From assembly GCA_905479805.1 (NCBI GenBank), contig CAJQNY010000079.1, positions 6,915-70,914 of the forward strand: a stretch of 64,000 nt of DNA, given 5' to 3'. The stretch is from an uncultured Arenicella sp. GTDB lineage: Bacteria > Pseudomonadota > Gammaproteobacteria > Arenicellales > Arenicellaceae. Made by a program: the position numbers and the translations under genes. Numbering within the stretch: position 1 is the stretch's first letter; every line of letters begins with the position of its first letter. The notes under the pieces are model-generated. The model saw only the letters and a list, made by a program, of their open reading frames with translations, was not told the DNA's origin and did not search any database. This document shows, piece by piece, positions 10,386-20,425 of this stretch.

Positions 10386-10796
10386 TTAAGCGAGCATGGC
10401 GTGGACAGCACCCATTGCCAAATAGAACAATAGCCAATAGCTAGCATCTATAAAAAATAGAGTTTTACTTCTTTGCGAAAACAAATAATTGGTAGCAATT
10501 GCAGGCACTATAAAACCAATTGCTATTCCAAAGGCAGTAAGGACTTTGACTGCAAAGCTAAAGTCTGTGCCATAACGGGCAAAGGTGTGCGCCAATGCCC
10601 ATGAGGCCAACAGACTAAAGGCGAAAGCGCCACCATATATCTTGCCCATATGGCCTTGTTGCAATTCGTCCTCAGTAATCCCAACCGCACCCATCCACTT
10701 CTTGCCCATTATGGGTCCATACCAGATTCCACCAACCATAAAACCACTGGCGGCGGCAACAACGACCGCAACCCAATTAACATCGAATAAATTCAT
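10386..10796 (-). CDS. DUF1761 membrane protein
   Basis: NWVAVVVAA...GGIWYGP.MGKKWM; four TM segments; FIDASY. Confidence 0.8.
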   Translation of the reverse strand: MNLFDVNWVAVVVAAASGFMVGGIWYGPIMGKKWMGAVGITEDELQQGHMGKIYGGAFAFSLLASWALAHTFARYGTDFSFAVKVLTAFGIAIGFIVPAIATNYLFSQRSKTLFFIDASYWLLFYLAMGAVHAMLA

Positions 10797-10904
10797 AGCT
10801 CGCCTCCTTCAAGTACAAAATATTTGTTGAGCTTTGTTTCCATGTTAATCTCGGAGCAGCTTCAAGGCTAGCTTATATTCTCACAATTCGAATCACCCAT
10901 AACT

Positions 10905-12233
10905 ATGAAACCTAACGTACTCTCTTTCTTTGTTTGTTTGTTTTTACTGAATAATCCGTGCTTTTCAGCGACAACGCCAACTGAAAAATTAATCTCAGCT
11001 GAGGTCGATGCAAGCCTTGAACGCACTCTTTCGGAACTAGAAGAGATCGTTAATATTAATAGCGGCACCTTAAATTTAGATGGCGTAAAACAAGTAGGCG
11101 CTACCCTCAGAGAACATTTTGACCTTCTTGGATTTCAGACTAAATGGGTTGATGGAAGTGCTTTCGATCGAGCGGGACATTTACTTGCTAGCAATTTTAA
11201 TCCTAATGAAAAAACAAATCGGATAAGAGTTCTATTGATCGGCCATCTTGATACTGTATTTTCACCAAATGATCGGTTTCAAGAATTTGAAGTGATCGAC
11301 AATAACCACATCGCGGGCCCTGGGATCACCGATATGAAAGGAGGCAACATGATTATTATTGCCGCCCTTCGTAGTTTGGAAAAATTGGACCTGCTCGACA
11401 TATTAGCTGTTCAAGTAGTGCTCACAGGCGATGAAGAACGTAGCGGAAAACCCTTAAGTGCGTCTAAAGACATTCTAATTGAAACCGCAAAATGGGCCGA
11501 TATAGCATTGGGTTTTGAAGATGGTGATGGAAATATTGAAACAGCGGTTATTGCAAGGCGTGGTTCTATCGCTTGGGAATTAGAGGTAACCGGAAAAGCA
11601 GCTCATTCATCGCAGATATTCCAAGATGAAGTAGGCTACGGCGCGATTTTTGAGTCAGCTAGAATACTCAATGAAATGAGAGAGCAGCTTTCAGGTATAG
11701 GCAACCTGACTTTCAATCCCGGGCTAATTAGCGGAGGGACCAAGGTGGAACACGACGTACTAGAATCCACCTCAACAGCCTTCGGGAAAAACAACGTAAT
11801 TTCTCAGACTGTAAAAGTCTATGGCGATATTCGCGCACTTGAGCATGAAGAGTTAGCAACGGCAAAGGATACAATGCTGAAAATATTGACTGAAAATTTG
11901 GACCAAACTTCTGCCTCAATCAAGTTTCATGAGGGATATCCTCCGATGGCACCTACATCAAAGAATAGAGAGTTGTTAGGCCTATATAGTCAGGTCAGCG
12001 AAGACCTTGGATTTGGCAAGGTAGTCGCGGTTAATCCTCGTAATGCGGGTGCCGCCGATATTTCCTTCGCCGCAGACCACGTTGACATGGCGCTGGATGG
12101 ATTAGGAATGATGGGCGCAGGTGGTCACACAAGCAATGAAGTCGCAGAGTTAGAGAGTTTACATAGAAACATTAAAAAAGCTGCAATTCTTCTACACCGC
12201 CTATCTTCGTTGCAAGCCTCTAAAAGTGAGTAA
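10905..12233 (+). CDS. Secreted M20-family metallopeptidase (carboxypeptidase G2-like)
   Basis: Signal peptide; LIGHLDTVF, GPGITDMKGG, DEE, GKAAHS, GGHTSNE. Confidence 0.9.
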   Translation: MKPNVLSFFVCLFLLNNPCFSATTPTEKLISAEVDASLERTLSELEEIVNINSGTLNLDGVKQVGATLREHFDLLGFQTKWVDGSAFDRAGHLLASNFNPNEKTNRIRVLLIGHLDTVFSPNDRFQEFEVIDNNHIAGPGITDMKGGNMIIIAALRSLEKLDLLDILAVQVVLTGDEERSGKPLSASKDILIETAKWADIALGFEDGDGNIETAVIARRGSIAWELEVTGKAAHSSQIFQDEVGYGAIFESARILNEMREQLSGIGNLTFNPGLISGGTKVEHDVLESTSTAFGKNNVISQTVKVYGDIRALEHEELATAKDTMLKILTENLDQTSASIKFHEGYPPMAPTSKNRELLGLYSQVSEDLGFGKVVAVNPRNAGAADISFAADHVDMALDGLGMMGAGGHTSNEVAELESLHRNIKKAAILLHRLSSLQASKSE

Positions 12234-12261
12234 GAAGGCCAGCTAATAGCCCACTATTCGA

Positions 12262-13680
12262 TTAACTTGTTTTTGCTCTAAATAGCGCAAGACCTAACCA
12301 AGCAAAAATAATTCCTATTATCGGGTTGATCCAGTTCAGCAGAGACCACTGCGCGTACTCTAAGGTCGGGACCCCTAAGGTCGCAGCATAGAATGCGCCG
12401 GTGGTGGTCCATGGTATGAGGGCGGTCATTAGGGTACCACCTTCTTCTAATGATCTAGACAGTACTGACCTATCGATTTTCTGTTCGTTATATTTTTGTT
12501 TGAACATCTGTCCAGTCAATATCAGTGATATGTAGCTTTCGCCAAGCGTGAGGTTTGCGGCAAAAGTAGCAACTATTGTGGAAGTCACAAGGCTTGCTCC
12601 GCGCTCAACAGTCCTCAATAGCCATTCCATCAACACTTTCAAAAACCCCATGTATTGGAGTACTGAGCCTAGTGATATTGCAATAAAACTGAGGGTGAAA
12701 GTCCACGCCATTTCCGTCATACCACCGCGGTTCAATAAAGGGTCCAATGTTTCTACCCCTGTTGAAATTTTGGCACCATCCCAAAAGGCACTAATCATAG
12801 TTGCTAAATCTACACCTTGGACAAGAATGGCCAACAATGCCGCAACCAATGACGCTATCAACATGGCTGCTTCGGCGGCCAAACCGCGCATCGATAGTGT
12901 TAACAACACAATAAGCGGCAATAACATATAAACGTTAATGGTAAATACTGAGTCCAAACCATTAAGCAAGGTGCTTAATTCAGCAGCCGGTAAGGACTGA
13001 TCTGCAAAAGACATACCCAGCCAACTAAAGGCTGCCAAGGTGATCAAATACGTTGGCACAGTGGTATAAGCCATACTCTTAATATGCGCATAAAGGTCCG
13101 TGTCTGCCGACAAGGCCGCTAGATTGGTCGTATCTGAAACCGGAGACATCTTATCGCCGAAGCTTGCGCCAGAAATAATCATTCCGGCCACGAGCGGCAA
13201 AGGAATTCCCATTGCACCGCCGATGCCAATTAATACAATTCCACCTGTTCCAACGGTACCCCAGGAAGTGCCGACAGCCAATGACATAACACTGCAAAGA
13301 ATCAGCCCTGCTGGCAAGAATATTGCTGGGTGCATAAACTTAAGCCCGTAGTAAACCAGTGTTCCTACGGTTCCACTTAAAATAAAAGTAGCAATCACTA
13401 CTCCGATCATCAAAAAGATAAACATAGCCGGCATTGCTCTGTTCATCCCTGCCAACATAGCCTGCTGTATTTGCGCATAACGGACTTTTAAAGGGAGGGT
13501 ACTGATTACTACCCACACCAAGCCCATGAGTAGAATTCCATGGAGACCGGCGTCTAAGCCAAAAATTCCATATGAAATCCAAACCATAAGCCCCAAAACC
13601 GTAATAGCCGCATGTACCACACTTGGCTCATGGTCTAAGATTGGCCCCAGCTCTTTTTCATCCGACTTTACTTGGCTCAT
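12262..13680 (-). CDS. NhaC-family Na+/H+ antiporter or amino-acid transporter
   Basis: GTSWGTVGT, ISGASFGDKMSPVSDTTNLA, LSRSLEEGGT, LIPW. Confidence 0.88.
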   Translation of the reverse strand: MSQVKSDEKELGPILDHEPSVVHAAITVLGLMVWISYGIFGLDAGLHGILLMGLVWVVISTLPLKVRYAQIQQAMLAGMNRAMPAMFIFLMIGVVIATFILSGTVGTLVYYGLKFMHPAIFLPAGLILCSVMSLAVGTSWGTVGTGGIVLIGIGGAMGIPLPLVAGMIISGASFGDKMSPVSDTTNLAALSADTDLYAHIKSMAYTTVPTYLITLAAFSWLGMSFADQSLPAAELSTLLNGLDSVFTINVYMLLPLIVLLTLSMRGLAAEAAMLIASLVAALLAILVQGVDLATMISAFWDGAKISTGVETLDPLLNRGGMTEMAWTFTLSFIAISLGSVLQYMGFLKVLMEWLLRTVERGASLVTSTIVATFAANLTLGESYISLILTGQMFKQKYNEQKIDRSVLSRSLEEGGTLMTALIPWTTTGAFYAATLGVPTLEYAQWSLLNWINPIIGIIFAWLGLALFRAKTS

Positions 13681-13771
13681 AGTGTCTCGCTCAAAATTTT
13701 ATAGCCGTAGATTAGCACGTTTGTCACCTACATTTGTCCCACAGCCTAATAGCTCATAGAGGTAAATATTG

Positions 13772-13800
13772 TTGACAAACTACTGTATGTATTTATAGTA
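13772..13800 (+). promoter_or_regulatory. Sigma70 promoter overlapped by a putative LexA (SOS) box
   Basis: TTGACA (13772-13777), 16 bp, TATAGT (13794-13799). TACTGTATGTATTTATAGTA (13781-13800) matches CTGT-N8-ACAG with one mismatch. Confidence 0.72.
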
Positions 13801-13830
13801 TTTACGTTAAGCCTTGATTGCTATGAAATA

Positions 13831-15975
13831 ATGCTACCTACACTGCCCAACAAATACTATCTTGCCCATGGATTGGAGTTATTTAACTATGTTGGCGAGC
13901 ATTGCGAGCATTTGTTAGAGAATGAGCATCAATCTTTTATCAGGGATTTTTTCTTGCTGCAACAAGATGCACAATGCCTGTTAATTAGATTCTTAAGTCG
14001 TAAACCAAAATTCCTTAATCGAAACAGTTTAGATTATCCCGAGATTGAAAATTTAGACTCAGCAATAAAGGAATTAATGACTACCGGCTATATAAGCTTT
14101 GTTAAAACCGAGGACTGGCCTGAGTTTGCGCAAGCATTAAACAAGCCACAATTATTGCAATGCTTTAAATCTACAACTTTACATTTACCGGCCGCCACCA
14201 GAAAAAGTGAATTGGTGGAAAAGGCAAAAGTGACCTTTCAAGGCAACGAACCTGCTCTTTTCATGGTTCAAGAAGACTTCCTAGTACGTCGCAATCAACT
14301 TAGCATAGACTACATTCTCTTTCTTTTTTTCGGAGACCTTAAAAGCCGATTACAAAAATTTGTGATGCGTGATCTGGGAGTATTAAGAACACGCAAGAAT
14401 ACAAATAATATTGAAGCTCGGTTTCGAAATAGATCCGAAGCTCTATCAACGTTTAGCTACCAACTATTACAGCGCGACCTCACTGGAAAAACATTAGATG
14501 AATTAGCTATTGTCGCTTCAAAATTATTGCACAACAATGCTGTCGGCGACGCTGCCCACAAACTTAGACACCAATTATTATTCCAGACCGGCAACCTATT
14601 AGCAGCTAGCAACAACGAACTCGCGATCCAACTTTGGCAACGCTCTGACGTTCCTACCGCGTTTGAAAAGTGGATTCGAATAACTCACAAAAATGGTGAT
14701 AGGGACCATTTAAAGCGTCAATTGGAGGAATTACAAACTCAAAGCTTGCTCCCTGTGAACCGAATTTTTATCGAAGACTTTTATGCCCGTAAATACTTAG
14801 GCAAGAGAACCAGCGTCTATACCGACATGCTTCGAGAAAACAGTAGCCTAGTTGACATAGATGAAGCCTTCATCAATCACGTCGAAGATGGCGTAATTCA
14901 ATACTATAAACGCAACGGTGCTGAGTGTTATTTTGTTGAAAATAACTTTTGGCGTGGTTTGTTCGCGCTTACCTTCTGGGAGCTGCTTTACGGTGAACAC
15001 CAAAAACAATACAACGAGTTCGATCGCATCCCCCAGCAACTTAGTAAAGGTACTTTCTTTGATGACAATTGTGATGCAATAGAACGATGTTTACTTATTT
15101 TCGACAGTCCGAAACTAGCACAAAAATCCTTTTTAGCTTTACTTGGTCGTCACTATGGATATCCAACGGGAATTTTCAATTGGCAATCTTCATTCGTCGA
15201 AGCGTTAGCAACCTTTCTAAGATTAGGTGACCCAAGTTCTATTAAGGACAGCTTACGTACCATGGCCAAGGATTACATGAATCACAAAGATGGTTATCCA
15301 GATTTGATGGTGGCTGAAAACCAAAAATTGAGATTCGAAGAAGTGAAAGCACCCGGCGATTCACTTAGAGAAAACCAACTAGTATGCATAAACCGTTTAA
15401 GAGTATGCGGATTCAAAGTAGACTTAGTCCAAGTAAATTGGTGTGTTGACCCAGATCAAATTTATGCCGTTGTTGACATAGAAACCACCGGTGGAAAACG
15501 CGGACTACATGCGATTACAGAGATCGCAATTGTTAAAATATTGAATGGAAAAATAATTGACCGTTGGTCTACTTTGGTTAATCCACAGGCAAGAATACCC
15601 TTTCACATTACACGCCTAACCGGTATAGATAATCGAATGGTTGAATCGGCGCCTATTTTTTCAGAAGTTGCTGAGCAACTTATGGAGCGACTAAACGACA
15701 CCATTTTTGTCGCACACAATGTAGGCTTTGACTACGGGTTCATACAGGCCGCATTTGAGCAAATAGGTCAAACATTCAGGCTGCCAAAATATTGCACGGT
15801 GAAAAATACGCGAAAAACATTTCCGGGCCTGAAATCATACGCCCTTGGAAACCTGGTCAACCATTTCGACATAGACATGAAACGAGCACATAGAGCCTTA
15901 GACGATGCAAAGGCAACAGCGGAATTACTGCTGATAATTCAGGCGAAAAACTCAGCTAAGAGCAGACAAGCATAA
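13831..15975 (+). CDS. FAN1-like VRR-NUC nuclease fused to a C-terminal DnaQ-like DEDDh 3'-5' exonuclease
   Basis: Bacterial FAN1-type N-terminus (YYL..., AQCLLIR, LDYPEI, FFGDL...FVMRDLG), VENNFW, GYPDLMV..FEEVKAPGD (PD-(D/E)xK), then VVDIETTG, VAHNVGFD and HRALDDA. Confidence 0.88.
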   Translation: MLPTLPNKYYLAHGLELFNYVGEHCEHLLENEHQSFIRDFFLLQQDAQCLLIRFLSRKPKFLNRNSLDYPEIENLDSAIKELMTTGYISFVKTEDWPEFAQALNKPQLLQCFKSTTLHLPAATRKSELVEKAKVTFQGNEPALFMVQEDFLVRRNQLSIDYILFLFFGDLKSRLQKFVMRDLGVLRTRKNTNNIEARFRNRSEALSTFSYQLLQRDLTGKTLDELAIVASKLLHNNAVGDAAHKLRHQLLFQTGNLLAASNNELAIQLWQRSDVPTAFEKWIRITHKNGDRDHLKRQLEELQTQSLLPVNRIFIEDFYARKYLGKRTSVYTDMLRENSSLVDIDEAFINHVEDGVIQYYKRNGAECYFVENNFWRGLFALTFWELLYGEHQKQYNEFDRIPQQLSKGTFFDDNCDAIERCLLIFDSPKLAQKSFLALLGRHYGYPTGIFNWQSSFVEALATFLRLGDPSSIKDSLRTMAKDYMNHKDGYPDLMVAENQKLRFEEVKAPGDSLRENQLVCINRLRVCGFKVDLVQVNWCVDPDQIYAVVDIETTGGKRGLHAITEIAIVKILNGKIIDRWSTLVNPQARIPFHITRLTGIDNRMVESAPIFSEVAEQLMERLNDTIFVAHNVGFDYGFIQAAFEQIGQTFRLPKYCTVKNTRKTFPGLKSYALGNLVNHFDIDMKRAHRALDDAKATAELLLIIQAKNSAKSRQA

Positions 15976-15976
15976 C

Positions 15977-16552
15977 TTACTGACGCTGAAATTCAGCGTG
16001 GGCCTCTAATTCAATGTTATCAGCAACGAGAAGAATGTAGGTATCCATACCAGAATCGCTTCGTTTTATATTAGCCTTCGCGGAAAACCCAATGGGTTAT
16101 TTTCCGGTTAATAGGTTATTTGCACCACCGTGGAAAATTACTTGCATCGGTACCTGCTTTTTGACGCCACGCCAATTCAGCTCTCCTAAGAAATCATAAT
16201 GCGCATCTTTTGTCTGGATGACACTAAGAGTGGTGAAAATGGCCTGTGGATATTCCTTAACATTAAACCACTTGGCTCGCATTAGATCGGACTTCAGGTC
16301 AGTGTTGTTAATGTCCAGTGAGCCTATCTCAATCAACGCGGTCAACCTAGACTGCTCAATGGCAGCAGGCTGGAACTCCAAACTCGCATCGAAGCTGTTA
16401 AACCTCCCAACATAAGTGGATAGGCCCATATGTTTAACCTTGAAGATAAGTGAAGCATGCGTTTTATCCAGTGCATATTAGCCAGCTTTCAATCTCACCA
16501 ATTCCGTCTCTACATTTGGAGCTGGGAGTGCGACACAGGATGACAAGCCATG
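15977..16552 (-). pseudogene. YceI-family lipid/polyisoprenoid-binding lipoprotein pseudogene
   Basis: One frame reads LSSCVALP...KAG*YALDKTHASLIFKVKHMGLSTYVGRF...LLTGK*PIGFSAKANIKRSDSGM...AEFQRQ*. In-frame TAA at 16478-16480 and 16097-16099; no intact signal-peptide start. Confidence 0.8.
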
Positions 16553-16559
16553 CAATGCT

Positions 16560-17129
16560 TTAGGCGTCTGATTGGATAAAGGCTGCAAGCATCTCAGTTA
16601 ATTCAGCACTGCCAATTTGCTGCATCTTCGCTATGTTATCAATAGGTATCTGCTCTGTATCAGCATGATACTCAATGGCGCTAGCAACACTGTCTTCACG
16701 CAATATATGCAACATGGGGTAGGGGGAACGATTGGTGAAATTTTCTGGATCATCATTCGCAGTATTGGCGAATTGGTAGTTAGGGTGGAAGCTCGCTATT
16801 TGTATTTCACCAATCAAATCCATTTCCGTCAGCAATTGATCAACGGTGTCCAAAAACTGATTGTATTGGTTAAAACTCTCGAGAACCAGGGGGTGAATTA
16901 TAAGAGCGGTTTCAATACTAGGCTCTGCTTGCATCTTAAGAATGAATTGCTCTAACTGCTCTAACAGCTCCAATTCTTGCGTCGCCTGACTCACGACAAA
17001 TGCAATTTTACCGGCATTAAGTTCACGCTGAGCAAAGGGGCAAACGTTATGGTGAATGACAAACTCACGCAACCAGAGTTCAGTAGATTGTTGAACGGGG
17101 CAGCCGCTCCGATCTTGCTCAGTTAACAT
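16560..17129 (-). CDS. DUF1415 family protein
   Basis: NVCPFA, QIASFHPNYQFA, NFTNRSPYPMLHILRE, IPIDNI. Confidence 0.88.
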   Translation of the reverse strand: MLTEQDRSGCPVQQSTELWLREFVIHHNVCPFAQRELNAGKIAFVVSQATQELELLEQLEQFILKMQAEPSIETALIIHPLVLESFNQYNQFLDTVDQLLTEMDLIGEIQIASFHPNYQFANTANDDPENFTNRSPYPMLHILREDSVASAIEYHADTEQIPIDNIAKMQQIGSAELTEMLAAFIQSDA

Positions 17130-17139
17130 GTTACGAAAC

Positions 17140-17754
17140 CTAGCCTTTTTTCGCCTTAGCGATTCTCTTTTCAATTCGTTCTAGGCGAGTTTTGGCTGTT
17201 GGCCAGTCCTGTCTTTTCTCTAAAGCAGACAGATAAAGCTCCCTTGCTTTAAGATAGTCTCCCTTGCTTTCGTAGGCCATGCCTTTGTTCATTAATGCCA
17301 CATGATATTTGTGAACTCCTAGCTCCATAGCTTTATCATAGTCAACGATAGCTTCATCATGCTGATTAGCAATTAGCCAAAGATTACCTCTATTTAAATA
17401 AGCCTCAGGTACAGCAGGATTTAATTTAATCGCATAATTGTAATCCTTTACGGCATCCTGATAGTTTTGCAATGCCACATTGAGAACTCCGCGATTGACG
17501 TAGGTAGCAATCCTATCTTTTTTACCCAGCCCGCCATAGTGTAATGCCTTGTCACAAAACTCGAGATCCCGACCGCTAGCCGTTCCGGTCAATACAGCCG
17601 CTGCAGATGCCTGAAAACACTCTTTTGCAATTGAGCTGCCGCCCAAGACCTGCATATTTTGAGCGAAACATGTACCGGCAAAACTAAGACCAAGCAAGGC
17701 CAAACCAACTCTCAGGCCAAATCGAAATAACGTTTCTTCCACTCTAGCTTGCAT
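17140..17754 (-). CDS. Secreted TPR-repeat protein
   Basis: Signal peptide; TPR repeats (ATYVNRG, AYLNRG, ALMNKG); GAGG RBS before ATG 17754. Confidence 0.85.
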   Translation of the reverse strand: MQARVEETLFRFGLRVGLALLGLSFAGTCFAQNMQVLGGSSIAKECFQASAAAVLTGTASGRDLEFCDKALHYGGLGKKDRIATYVNRGVLNVALQNYQDAVKDYNYAIKLNPAVPEAYLNRGNLWLIANQHDEAIVDYDKAMELGVHKYHVALMNKGMAYESKGDYLKARELYLSALEKRQDWPTAKTRLERIEKRIAKAKKG

Positions 17755-17897
17755 AGCTACCTCAGGTATCAAATGGTGTTCGACTCAAATCGTTTCATCA
17801 ACTTATTTGCGCGACGTATATTCCAAAGCATAGAACACTTTGATAGGAAAACAAACAAAACTACTCAGTCAGCCTCTGCCAATTTATTCTAGAGTTG

Positions 17898-20423
17898 CTA
17901 GGTTATTTGGCGCAATGACTGCAAAGGTGGCACGGTGATGATCTTGCGGCTTCTTAGGAGGCCTAGCGTAGTGATAATGACGACTCCCCCGACAATGCCC
18001 AAGCCCCATAATGCGAAGTGCCAGCTAGCAGCCATATCAAACACTTTAGTTTGGATCAGGTAGAGCATAAGCTCAGCGCCCGCACTTGCGATAATTCCAG
18101 CAATCGCTCCAAGAACTGCAAATTCTATGGCTAAGCCGCCGGCGACTATCTTACGCGAACTACCTAGGGTTCGTAATACTGCACTCTCTCGCAAACGTTC
18201 ATCATATGAGACACCTATCGCTGCAAATAAAACAAGAGCTCCACACGCCAATACGAGTAACAGTATCATTTCCAATCCTAAGGTCACTCTATTTATGATA
18301 TCGCGGATCCGTTCCACAACTTGACTCAACTCCAAGACCACCGCCGCAGGGTAATTCTTAATCAACTTCGAGACAAAAGCATGCTCTTGGGTGTTTTGAC
18401 CAACTTGTTGAGTCTTTTCAGTTGCGCGAATAGCGGTTAGCCAATTCGGTGAAAAACGGTCAAGCATGCCCGGACTGAAAATAATGTAAAAATTTGCATT
18501 CATACTTTGCCAATCCACGCTGCGAATACTGGTGAGTTCAGCATCAAACGTTATTCCGCCAATACTAAAACCGATAACATCGCCTATTGCAACGCCTAGC
18601 TCTTCAGCGACTTCTTGTTCCATGGAAAACTCTGCTATAGCGTTATTGGTAATTTGTCCATCCCACCATTTACCACTTGTGATTGCATTGCTGGGAGGTA
18701 AATTGGCTGACTGAGTGAAATTTACTTCTCTTCCCAATCCGTCTGTTTGCCGCAAGCGTTCAACAGTCAATGGCTCACTATTTAGTGAAACTAAGCGCCC
18801 TCTCACCATAGGGTACCAACGTTCTGCCGAAACATTTTCTTCCTGTAACAAAGACTTGAGTGGTTCTAATTCAGAACTGCTCACATTAAACAAAAAGTGT
18901 GTGGGTGAATCTTCAGGTAATTGTGCCTGCCATTCAGCCACTAAATTGGTTCGCATTCCTGTGGTTACTAATAACAACATCAACGTGACAGAGAAACCTA
19001 TCAATTGCACCATGGTTTGGTTGCGGCGGCGCCACAAATTAGCTAAACCCAATCGTACAAAACTTCCTTGCCAGCTGCCGAAACCTTGCACAAGCTTTAA
19101 CGCCTGAAGAGCTATAAAGGCACATATTCCAAATAACGCGAACAACGTCCCTAGAAACATCATCGACATCAACAGACTGCCACTGTACCAATACGTCAAT
19201 AACAAGAGTGCGGATATACCGACTAGCAAGCGCTTACTCTGGCTCACCAAAGAATCAGGCAGATCTCGCCGCAAAACTTTCAGCGGAGCGATAGTCGGGA
19301 GATGCCATAAAGCAGGCAATGCAAACCCCATAACAGAGATAAACCCGGTAACGGCGGCAACGATGAATGGACGCACTCCCGGCGCAGGTAGCGTGGCTTC
19401 GAATATTCCCTCAGCGGCAGTCAGAAGTATGAAGTGAGCCAACCAACCCAGTAGCATTCCCAAAATAGAAGCAATAGATGTAATGACGATCAGGCGCACG
19501 AGTTGGCTGCGCCTGATGCGACGCGCTGACTGCCCCCATGCTTTCATTAATGCAACCTGATCCGTCAAACGAATTGCATACCGTTGGCTAGCAAGGGCCA
19601 TCGCCAAACCCGCCAGTAGTACACCAATCGTACCACTCAACAATAGAAAGGATCGACCTCTCTCCAAGGCTTCCGAAAGTTGCTCTTCGGCATTTTCAGG
19701 AGTTCGTAGCCGATAATGACTAAAGCTCTCCGGTTGAGCTTCATCGGAATCCTGGTACCATTGCTGATATTTCTTCACTTTTGGGTCTGCACCGGACATT
19801 AATAAGCGATAGGTGATCCTACTTCCAGGCCTGACCAACTGTGACTCGGTCAAATCTAGATCACTCATCATTATTCTAGCACCAGCGCTGTTAAAACCTG
19901 TCCCACGATCAGGTTCGTTAATTATGATGCGCGTAATTCTTAACGAACTATATCCTACCTCGACATTGTCACCGAGCGATAGATCTAACAGGTTTAGTAA
20001 ACGAGCTTCAACCCAAGCCTCTCCTTTATCCGGGCCTTGTGACAACAATTCTGGTGGCTGCGTTGAATCTTTGTGGCTAACTTCTATTTGGCCTCGCAAA
20101 GGATAGTTAGTTTCTACTACCTTTACAGATGCGAGATGGTTGCTCGTCTCCGAAAAAACCATAGAGCTGAAAAATGCGACCTGTGCGGTATTCAAACCAA
20201 TTTCTTGCGCTTTTAAGCGAAACGAATTGTCCATTACTAAACTACTCTGAACCGCTAAATCAGCCGCTAGAAAACTTGTGATTTGTTCTTCTAAACCTCG
20301 TTCGACCCTGTCAGCCAGAACGCTGACTGCGGTCACTACCATTACGGCTAATGTGAGTGCTGAGACAATAAGGTTAAGTTGGCCACCACGCCAATCCCGC
20401 CACAAAAGCTTAATATCAAGCAT
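17898..20423 (-). CDS. ybbP: YbbP-like FtsX/MacB-type ABC transporter permease
   Basis: WRDWRGGQL, YPLRG, PGSRITY, RSVDWQSM..NF; follows the ATPase; divergent from tesA. Confidence 0.85.
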   Translation of the reverse strand: MLDIKLLWRDWRGGQLNLIVSALTLAVMVVTAVSVLADRVERGLEEQITSFLAADLAVQSSLVMDNSFRLKAQEIGLNTAQVAFFSSMVFSETSNHLASVKVVETNYPLRGQIEVSHKDSTQPPELLSQGPDKGEAWVEARLLNLLDLSLGDNVEVGYSSLRITRIIINEPDRGTGFNSAGARIMMSDLDLTESQLVRPGSRITYRLLMSGADPKVKKYQQWYQDSDEAQPESFSHYRLRTPENAEEQLSEALERGRSFLLLSGTIGVLLAGLAMALASQRYAIRLTDQVALMKAWGQSARRIRRSQLVRLIVITSIASILGMLLGWLAHFILLTAAEGIFEATLPAPGVRPFIVAAVTGFISVMGFALPALWHLPTIAPLKVLRRDLPDSLVSQSKRLLVGISALLLLTYWYSGSLLMSMMFLGTLFALFGICAFIALQALKLVQGFGSWQGSFVRLGLANLWRRRNQTMVQLIGFSVTLMLLLVTTGMRTNLVAEWQAQLPEDSPTHFLFNVSSSELEPLKSLLQEENVSAERWYPMVRGRLVSLNSEPLTVERLRQTDGLGREVNFTQSANLPPSNAITSGKWWDGQITNNAIAEFSMEQEVAEELGVAIGDVIGFSIGGITFDAELTSIRSVDWQSMNANFYIIFSPGMLDRFSPNWLTAIRATEKTQQVGQNTQEHAFVSKLIKNYPAAVVLELSQVVERIRDIINRVTLGLEMILLLVLACGALVLFAAIGVSYDERLRESAVLRTLGSSRKIVAGGLAIEFAVLGAIAGIIASAGAELMLYLIQTKVFDMAASWHFALWGLGIVGGVVIITTLGLLRSRKIITVPPLQSLRQIT

Positions 20424-20425
20424 GG

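Noticed and set aside
15977-16552. Stop-codon reassignment or readthrough of TAA in yceI
   Set aside because: TAA ends many intact genes in the window, the two stops fall at positions expected to need different residues, and the N-terminus is also lost.
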